DNA of 64,000 nucleotides from Raillietiella orientalis (Eukaryota): NCBI GenBank assembly GCA_036172245.1, contig JAYWIR010000040.1, positions 186,001 to 250,000 of the forward strand, read 5' to 3'. Shown piece by piece: positions 55,674 to 64,000 of this stretch (position 1 is its first letter; each line of letters starts with the position of its first letter). The notes under the pieces were generated by a model. It saw only the letters and a program-made list of their open reading frames with translations, ran no database searches and was not told where the DNA came from. The position numbers and the translations under genes were made by a program.

Positions 55674-56325
55674 CCCGAAGAAGATCGAAACGATCGCGAA
55701 GGGGCGGTTGTACTGGCGATGCGGCACCCGCAACACCTCTAAGGTCGCGTTCTTTTTGAAGTTAGCCATCAACGCTGCCGTGAAGCGCGTGCGCTTTAGG
55801 AACGATGGGCGGATCGGCCAACTGACCCTGAGATGGTCCGATTCGATCGAACTCATCGTCATCAATGTGTACGCTCCTAGCGGTAAACAGGGGTACCAGC
55901 AGCGCACTGCGTTACTGGAAACCTTGAAGCGCGAATAGCTGCTGGACACGGACGTGCGAAAGGCGCATCTGACAGCAGGGGTTTTCAACGTCCGCCTGCT
56001 CTCAGATCAGCTTGGAGCACAGGGGAACGCGATCAACGAGTTGTGCGCCGCCATGCGCGCGCAAGTTGTTGACAGAAATACAGGGGATGGTCAGCAGCGT
56101 GGACCACGTCTTTCTCCACGAAGACCTGTGCACACGGGTCGGAAAACGAGGGACACTTAGATCGACGCTGTCGGACCATTCCCGGTTATTATTCGAGATG
56201 CGCCCGTGCGACAAGGGACCGCCATCCAGGGATTGGCGTATGCCAGGGGACTGGACGCGCCTGTCAGGAGCGAAAGAACATCTTTGCGAATTCCTGCGAA
56301 GCGTCACCCTCCAGAGTTTCGCTTT
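55674..56325 (+). mobile_element. Family A APE endonuclease fragment
   Basis: LYWRCG...VAFFL...INVYAPSG...AGVFNV...VDHVFL...LSDHSRLLF...WRMP. Confidence 0.9.
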
Positions 56326-58915
56326 AAACCCGGTTGCGCCGGGACGTTTATTTTTTCAAATAAACTTATCTATACTGTGACTGGACCAGTAGTCCAGCCA
56401 CGCCCTGGAAACATTCAGCCTGCCGGGCTACCGATGCGAAGACCGGCGCGGCCGAACTCGGCAGCAGAGGGGAGAAGGAATCAAAGAAAAAGAAAACAAA
56501 AAAAAATTAAAGAGAAACCGGGGAGGGAGCGGGAAGGGATCACAGTCTGCTGGGAGGGTCCGTCATCCTCTGGAGGATGCCGGCAAGCTGTTGCTACGTG
56601 TGTGGTTCCAGATGGGGCCATCGCGTCGCCATCCTGAGGAAACGGGCAACATACACGTTGGCATCCCTGTCGCTGGATCCTTTCGTTGCTTTGCTCCATG
56701 CCACGACGATACCGCGTAGGCATCACAGAGCTGCAAGCGAGGCCGCTAAAGGCAGGGCGTCACGGACGAAGAGGGGGCGCAAAGCGTCTCTGGGGTTGCC
56801 TCCGGGGATCCCCAGGGCTGCGGCAAAGCGTTCTCACAAGGGACGGAGGGCAACACAATCCACTAACAGGTGGGGGAGGTATTCCCTCTCCCCGCACCTG
56901 ACACAATTAGGGTTGACACCCCTTCGCGTCCAGTGGTGTCGGCGGGCGTTGCAAGGAAGCCCCCAATGCAACACCAGCAGTGCCGACTGTTGCCATCTCA
57001 TTGGGAGGGTGCGCGAGTCCATGAGCACCGGGGGTTACTCGAGATGTTCCTCTGGAACATCCAGTAGCTCTCCTCAGCACAAGAGTTCATTTGGACTGGT
57101 CCTCGAGGTCGCAGCGTTGGTGAGCTGACTTGTTCTCCAATCCCCGATCTTCTTTGCCTTGCTGGCGATCTTGACAGTAACCTCCCATTGTGCCGCGACG
57201 TCGCTGCCCAGATGTTCCCGTAGGGTAGGCAGTACTGCAGCAAGGGAGGTTCTTTGAGCCCACACTCTCCTTCGGGGATCCTCGAAGATTTCTCGGAGCG
57301 TGTGGTGGGCGTGAGGCCCGAACAGAGCTATTCGCACGTGTTGCGGGCTCTGCTCCTGAATCATCGCCCACGTGCGCACGGTTTCTTGCAGCCAGGCAGG
57401 ACCGTTCGCGGGCGTACGAGGATCCGCGCCGAGTTGTTCTTCACGAGCTTGACCGCCCTCCGAAGTTGAAGTCCGCAGTGGCAGATCGGCCTTCGGAGTG
57501 CAAAGTAGGACGAGAGTCCCGCGTTGCCGCTGGCCTTCTCGCCGAGGAGGCGTGCAGAGACGCACCAGGGGGTTCACCAGTTCTTTGCCATAAAAGCAAT
57601 TATCCGGAACAGGAGCTGAAGCTCCAGCCGCTCCAGCGACAGGAGGCCCAGACCACCATCCCGACGAGGAGCGCACAAGTCCGCGAGACGGACACGGGGC
57701 CTCCCTATGCCCCAAAGGGCTATCCTCAGGAGGTCCTTCGTCCTTTTTCTTGACTCCGCTGAGGGGGGGCAAACAAAAAGCATGGAGCGAAGGAGGAGGG
57801 CCGCAAACGCGTTACACTCCGCAGCCCGTTCCTTCAGGAAGAACATGCCTTCCTGGAACGGGCCGATCGCCCCATGAGCCTTCTGAAGGCAGCCGGACCA
57901 CGCTTCCGCAGGGGAGTAGTCCCCCAACGGCACACCAAGGTACTTGAAGTACATCACCGTTTGGATCCCCAAACGGACCCAGTCCTTCTGCCCTGCCCAC
58001 GCCGCTCCGACTGGCATTACGGACGACTTCGCCCTGTTCACCGTAAGTCCGGTTCCCCGATGCAGCAGGTCGAAGAACTCCTCGACCGCCGAAGCCGGGG
58101 TGGACATAGGGAGCAGCAGCAGAAGATCGTCCGCGTATGCCGAAACCGAGGGCGTACCGAAACAATCGCGCGGCAGGTGCGCCAGAGTCTCCCTGTACGC
58201 TATCAGCACCAATTCTAAAAAGGCGCTAAAGAGCAGGGGGCTCAGGCTGTCTCTCTGCCGTATGCCGCGTCGCACCGGTACGCCGTGCACGGTCTGCCCG
58301 CTGAAAAAGACATTAATGAGCGCGTGGCGCCAGCTGGAGCGCAGGTAGGCCAACTAAGAGGCCCTTGTCGCGCGGATGCACTTCGAACACGATTCGGCCA
58401 TGGTCCGACAGCTCGGACGGTAACTTGCCGCGCCTGCCCACGCGAGAGAATAGGTGCTGTTCAAGGTACACGTGATCGATGGTGCGTTCCATGTCCGTAT
58501 CTCCGGCCAGCAAGTTGCACGTGTGCATTTGTGCTCACAACTCGTTGACGCGGTCGTTCAGTATATCCGGCGCATCCGAAAGCAGGCGCAGGTTGAAGTC
58601 ACATGCGATCAGGTGCGCTTTGCAAACACGTGCTTTGGTCAGCCAATCGCGTCCGAGGGCAAGGTAAAATTCTCTTCTTGCCTTAGCCCTCAACGCGTCG
58701 TTACCGCTAGGAGCGTACAGGTTGGTGACGACCAGGTCGATTGAGTCGGACCGGCTGAGAGTCAGCTGACCGACGCGACCAGCGTCATCAAACCGTACGT
58801 CCTTTATTACGGCCTCGATGGCTGGCCGGAGCAGGAAGGCGACACCGCTTGATTTCGCGGTGCCGCAGCGCCACAGCAGCCGTATACCAGAGATCCGTTC
58901 GATCTCCTGCGCTCG
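56326..58915 (-). mobile_element. Family A ORF2 fragment with intact 3' end; EN joined to RT domain 4 by an internal deletion at ~58345
   Basis: EN WRCG..SGVAFL, NLYAPSG, IACDFN, IDHVYL, LSDH; RT GIRQRDSLSPLLF, SAYADD, KYLGVPLG, GGLGL; zf-RVT CVRCGEREYLPHLLVDC; AATAAA and hairpin at 56329-56352. Confidence 0.92.
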
Positions 58916-60276
58916 TACAGTGCAGACGTGTTTCTGCGTCTATCCGCGCCAACGATCGGGCAACTTTGTGCCTGCGTTTTCGCTAGCACTTGTGTGTTCC
59001 TGTGCAATCTGCCAAGTAGCATAGTGCAACATGGCCAGTACACAGGATAGTGTGGAGGAGCAAGCCACTGGATGCACTTCGGCTGCACTTGAAGCGGCCG
59101 CATCCTCCGTAATGGTTTCCTCGCCCCCGGTGAGGAGTTACGCCGCCGTTACCTCCCAAAGACCAGGACCCTGCGATGCGGAGTTCCAGGCATATGTGTC
59201 ATCAGGATACATGCCTGCACTCCGTTATAAGGTCAGTGGGCCCCTTAACGGGAGAATCGGTCGTGAGCTCAATGATGAGCTCGTCCGGATCGGCGTTCGC
59301 GAGGAGGAACTCGTTGCCATAATGCCTGCTGGCAGGATGGAATATACGAAGATTCGGTGCAAGAACGCAGCACTTGTGCAGCGCCTTCTCCGTACGCCGT
59401 TGACCATCAATGGCAAGGAAGTCCTACCTACCGCGATGGACGACTCTTTTGTCGTTCAATTGTGCGACATCGAACCGGAAATCTCCGACCGCGATGTCGT
59501 AAGTGTGCTGGCGAAGTTCGCCACCGTGCACGCTCTGTGGAGGAGGCCAAATCCTCTAAAGGATTTCCCCTCTGTCCACATTGGACAAGCCTCGGCGCGG
59601 ATCACCGTCGCGAACAGGCGTGTTGTGCCTGAGCAGCTGCAGGTGAACGGCACGGTCGTTCACCTGTGGTTCATAGGCCAGACTCGCGCTTGCGAGCAGT
59701 GCGGCAAGGATGGGCACCGAATTAAAGAGTGCTCCTCTCCAAGATGCCGCTATTGCAAAGATTCCGGGCAGGAAATCAAAAAGTGCCCGGTACTTGCAAG
59801 AAAAAGAGCCGCAGCGGAAATTCTTTGGGTTCAAGAGACCACTGCACGAAAAGCCGCAGCGGCAAATAAAAAACGTCGTCCGCAAAAACTCGGAAAAAAC
59901 AACGATCGATCCGCGGATGAAAAGAAAGCATCCCCGCCCGCAACGCCCCGAAAGGGGAAAGTCACGGCGGGGAAGCCAATTAAAAAGGGGCGCGAGGGTT
60001 TGACGCGTGCCGTGCCCTCCCTCGCTGCCGAACTCGCAGGCACCTCTCCGAGCCAGGAACCAGGAAATCTTCGTAACACCCTGGAGGGAAAGGTAGGAAA
60101 ACAGGAAAATCGCAACAGTGCGAAGACTTCTTGCCCCGTTCCGTTGTCCCTTCCGAGTTCCGGACAGCCCCACTGCAGCGCAGGTCCCTCTGCAAAGGCT
60201 ACGAAAGCCGTAAAAAGCAGCGTTGCGACGAGCAAAAGCACGCTGCATGCAGTCGCCCCATCGCCGATTCAGAAGA

Positions 60277-62730
60277 TTTCCCCAAGTCCCACGAGGGGTG
60301 AGGTAAATTTATTTTTCTAAAATTTTTCTATAAAAACATTCACACTACAATCTCATCCATACCATAAGCACTTTTTTTTTTACCACTATGAAGTCCTTGG
60401 GTTCTCACAAGTTCTGCACTCATGGTGGGTTTCCTACTGTTTGGTCCCGGGCGTCGTCTTCTATCCTCTTCAGGATGAATCGGTACGTCCAGGCTTGGAT
60501 TTTCCCACAGTTTCTGATGCCGATTTCCCTCTTCAGGAGCCCTTGTAGGATCTCCATCGGTGGTGCGGCTCTTCTGGCTTTCCTCATTTTCCACCACCGC
60601 ACAAGTATGGCGGTGATGAAGAGGGCGATGGTCGTCCTCACCATGGGATTGTAACAGGGAACATTACCATTCCCCTGAAACATCCCGGCGAGGATCTCCA
60701 TTACGGACCTGGTGGTGAGTCCGATGATCCTTTTTAGGATCAGCCAGTCATGCAGCAATGTGGGACACGTCAAGACGTGAAGTCTCGTGTCGATGTCTCC
60801 ACATGCTGTGCAGTCTCGATCTTCCCTTCTTCCGGTGAAGTGCTGCAATCGGGACCCACTCTGAATTCCTCCATGATAAAACATCAGGAGGTCATCCTGA
60901 GTGCCCGGCGGAAGGTCACTCCTCAAAAGCGTCGTGCCAATCGCTAACAGGTTGATCTGGTCACTCCCGTAGCGATCGGCGGCTTTCTGGAGGGCACTAA
61001 TATCACTGTCTTCTTCTTGAATTAGTCTTCGGAGGTTTGTTTTGGTTACCCTGGACCACGCAAAGTCGATGTGGTTGAACCACACTTCGCCAGTCATGTG
61101 GGTAAACCTTCCTAACATCATCTCTATATACCTAAGTATACGAGTGTGATGTAGGTACCCTCCTCGTTTCCACTTTTGGATTCGTTGAAGGGTAACTCTG
61201 GACCGCTGGTGGATCCAGCTTCTCGTGTCCGGCGGGACATGAAGCATCCAAGGGATCACCAGAATGGACTCGTTCTGCCAAAGTTCCCTACTTCTCGGCA
61301 CGATCTTGATTTTGTGCTTTCGCACCAACCGTTACTTCCTCGTCCAGGTTGGGTCCATTTTTTTCCATTTGCCTGCTCGGACTAGCAGCGCAGTCATCAG
61401 GCCTTTCGAGTTCTTCAACAACAACGCGTAGGCCCTGTGCGCCGCATACGGCCAGTCATCCCAGTGAGTGTCAGTGTCCAGGATGTGTCGCGTATCCATG
61501 ATTTCTACGGAGTGTGCAAGCGACTTCATCCCGGAACCGCCTTCTTCCCTGGGACGACACAGGGGTCTCAGTCGGACTCTTGGGCGATAGTGGCCCCACA
61601 GTGTTTTTCTCTGCAGCTTGTCGAACTCCCTCGTGGTGTCGTTGTTCATCCTCGCGAAGGCTGCCCCGAAGAGCACTTTTGGAAGGAGTACTCCGTTCCA
61701 TATGTTGGCCTTTCGCTTCATTCCAAGGTCCGTTCAGGTGTACTTGGCTACTTCCTTGGCCGTTTTCCCTAGGATCTCGGTCCACAATAGCTTCCACGCG
61801 GAGACGTCGCCAATGTAGACACCCAGGTACTTGGCCTTGTCCACCGTTCGGAATCCTCTTTCCGCTAGAGCGAAGAGATCGAGGATTCCAACAGGCAAGA
61901 GCTGGCTTTTCTGGGCGTTGATCTTTGGACCCAGGCCTTGATCCATCAGGTCTACCACATCCAGAAACGCTCGTTGATTTTTCTCTCCCTGGATAAAGAA
62001 GAGTAGATCATCAGCGTATGCCAGATGGGTAAGATGCTGGCCATCGATTGTTATGCCTTGCAGTCGTTCGCTCTTCTCGATAAAGGACGACAACGCCTCC
62101 ATGTCAGTGAACACCAGCGCCAGGTTCTCGCCGGCGTATCGGCTGAGTCCGACGGTGGCTTGGGCACACTTGACATTGTCCGACATGTGACGTCCAGGGA
62201 CTGCACACGTTTGGACCGGAGAGATGAGCCTCGACATGACCTTGCCTAAGCGGTTGGACCAGATCTTCGCCAACCACTTGGCATCGGAGTTCAGGATCGA
62301 GATTGGCCTCCATTGAGCGACCTGCGTAAGGTCGCCTCCTTTTGGCAACAATCTCATCCGACTCTCGTAGAAGGACTGTGGAAGTCTTCCTTCTTCGCGG
62401 ATGCAGAGGGTCAACTGGTGAAACAAACGCACGTAGGCATGCAGGTACCGCTGATAGTGCGTGATGGGTACACTGTCAGGGCCCGCCGCCACATCCTTGC
62501 GTAGTTGACCAAACGCAGTCTTCACCTCATCTTCGGAGAACTCCTCCTCCAGTCTGTTTCGCTGGACATCGTCGGTCCTCTTCTCGAGGTAGCTCAGAAA
62601 GGCCTGTTGACTAGAGCGACAGAGATGTTGTCGCCTGAAGTGTTTCGTGTAATGCCTGTGAAAGGCATCCACGATGTCCTCAGACGACTGTCGCTTTTGA
62701 CCGTCGTACTGGATGCAGAAGATATCTGTT
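60277..62730 (-). mobile_element. Family B 5'-truncated insertion (RT + zf-RVT + 3' end) nested in family A ORF1
   Basis: WRPISILNSDAK, QTCAVPGR, YADD, KYLGVYIGD, CTACGDIDTRLHVLTC; AATAAA (minus) at 60308-60313; degenerate TSD-like flanks at 60263-60276 and 62731-62744. Confidence 0.93.
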
Positions 62731-63402
62731 GCCGACTCGGCAGGAGAGGAGCAATCTCCCGACTGTCAAGAAGGTGACTCCGTTGCCGCCTTTTAAAGGC
62801 GTAGCGAAAGCAGCGCACCCAGAGAACGCAGCGAAAATTCCGGAGGTTTCCGCAACTACTGTCGCGGAAGCCTCCGAAAATCGCGAAGGCGAATGGAAGG
62901 TTGTGGAGAGGAGGAAAGAAAGATCTCCCCAAAAAGCTTCGCAACATCCATCTCTGAGCTCTTCCAAACTAAAAAGCAGTCGCGCGAATACGAAAACACG
63001 CGCGGCTTGTGCCTCTTCCCAGGAAAAAGCCAGCGCCTTCAACGCGTGCAAGTCCGCTTCTGTGACCGCCGAGAAGACCATTCCGGTGCAATCGGACGGA
63101 TGCAAGCGCACGTCGATCGTGCGAGCATCAGACTCCGCAAAGGAGTCCGATAGCGCCGCTGAACGACGCGTAACTCGCGCGGGAGCGAGCGCCCGCAGGG
63201 CTGAAACCCTGAGGCGTGACACACTCGCCGCAAAACGGCGAGTGCTCACCCCGGAACCAACAGGTTCTGCACCCGGGGAGGAGCACTCGATTGCGTGTAG
63301 CACAGTTGAGGCCGGTGGCGACCGCGCCCTCCAGCCCGTCGTACTGCTTACTGCCCGCTCGCCGGGTGAGGCGAGCACCACGGTCTCGCTTTCCCAGCCG
63401 TG

Positions 63403-64000
63403 ATGAGGGCAATCGCGTCTTCTCGTCGTGTTGCCGTCACGTCTTGGAACGTCAACGGGCTCCAACACGAGGAGCAGAGGCGACTAGTCGCTGATGCTCT
63501 GCGCTCCTTCGACTTGACGCTCCCGCAGGAGATTCACAGGATCTCCGAAGAGCAGGCTGCCGAAATCGAACGGAGCGCGGGCGGAACGCTACTTTATAGG
63601 TGCGGCGTTGCACGTACGTGCGGCGTCGCTTTCCTCGTGCGAGGAACTTTGGTGGGAGCGGTGCGCAGCGTTCGTTTCGACACGGAAGGCCAAGTGGGAC
63701 AGCTTGTACTCAAGTGGTCCGACTCGATCGACCTTGTCGTAACCAACGTGTACGCGCCGAGCGGTGCTGGACGATGGGCCGAAAGGATTGAGTTCTTCGG
63801 TACCCTTCAAAGCCAGTGGCTCACTCGATCTCACCCTACTGTGGCCCATCTCATTGCGGGGAACTTTAACGTCCACCTGTATTCCGCGAATAGATCCCAC
63901 AAAAGGGAAAAGTTGCTAGCGGAAGAGATGTGCGCGTCCGTGCACGCGTGCAACTTGTTCGCTAGCGACCTTGTTATTGCAGCAACGCCGGACCACGTCT
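63403..64000 (+). CDS. Retrotransposon ORF2 N-terminus (APE endonuclease), open to the window end (partial; absent from the ORF track because it has no stop)
   Basis: ATG at 63403: MRAIASSRRVAVTSWNVNGL...QEIH...CGVAFL...NVYAPSG...IAGNFNV...PDHV with no stop to 64000. Confidence 0.88.
   Translation, partial: MRAIASSRRVAVTSWNVNGLQHEEQRRLVADALRSFDLTLPQEIHRISEEQAAEIERSAGGTLLYRCGVARTCGVAFLVRGTLVGAVRSVRFDTEGQVGQLVLKWSDSIDLVVTNVYAPSGAGRWAERIEFFGTLQSQWLTRSHPTVAHLIAGNFNVHLYSANRSHKREKLLAEEMCASVHACNLFASDLVIAATPDHV

Larger units (their letters stand above)
58916..64000 (+). mobile_element. Best-preserved family A element (5' UTR, ORF1 59031-63403 interrupted by a family B insertion, ORF2 running off the window)
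   Basis: ORF1 with CEQCGKDGHRIKEC and CRYCKDSGQEIKKC; frame resumes at ~62731 after the insert; TGATG junction at 63401-63405. Confidence 0.9.

Overview
Eukaryotic, most likely arachnid (spider-like), heterochromatic repeat graveyard; no intact host gene, RNA gene or CRISPR array is visible. 2.8-14 kb and 40.9-64 kb are made almost entirely of nested, inverted and internally deleted fragments of two L1/Tx1-type non-LTR retrotransposon families (called A and B here: gag-like CCHC ORF1; APE endonuclease + RT + zf-RVT ORF2). A decayed Utopia/NeSL-type element lies at about 10.6-13.1 kb and a decayed hAT transposase with one TIR at 34.9-36.8 kb. Two captured non-TE sequences stand out: an AT-rich, intronless, disabled latrotoxin homologue (N-terminal domain plus ankyrin repeats, about 37.0-39.3 kb), and a processed AMMECR1 pseudogene (41.4-42.2 kb) that splits a retrotransposon ORF1 and carries a snap-back/templated-insertion scar instead of a poly(A) tail and TSD. 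About 14.5-33.4 kb is decayed coding-like sequence I cannot identify; part of it is duplicated at 1-2.4 kb. Unusual shared traits of the Tx1-like families: both endonucleases appear to lack the target-recognition hairpin loop; family A ends in AATAAA plus a GC hairpin with no poly(A), has an overlapping T(G/A)ATG ORF1-stop/ORF2-start, and carries a conserved 5' GACGTG motif. All homology calls are by eye from translation and remembered family motifs; no database search was run, and boundaries of decayed elements are approximate.
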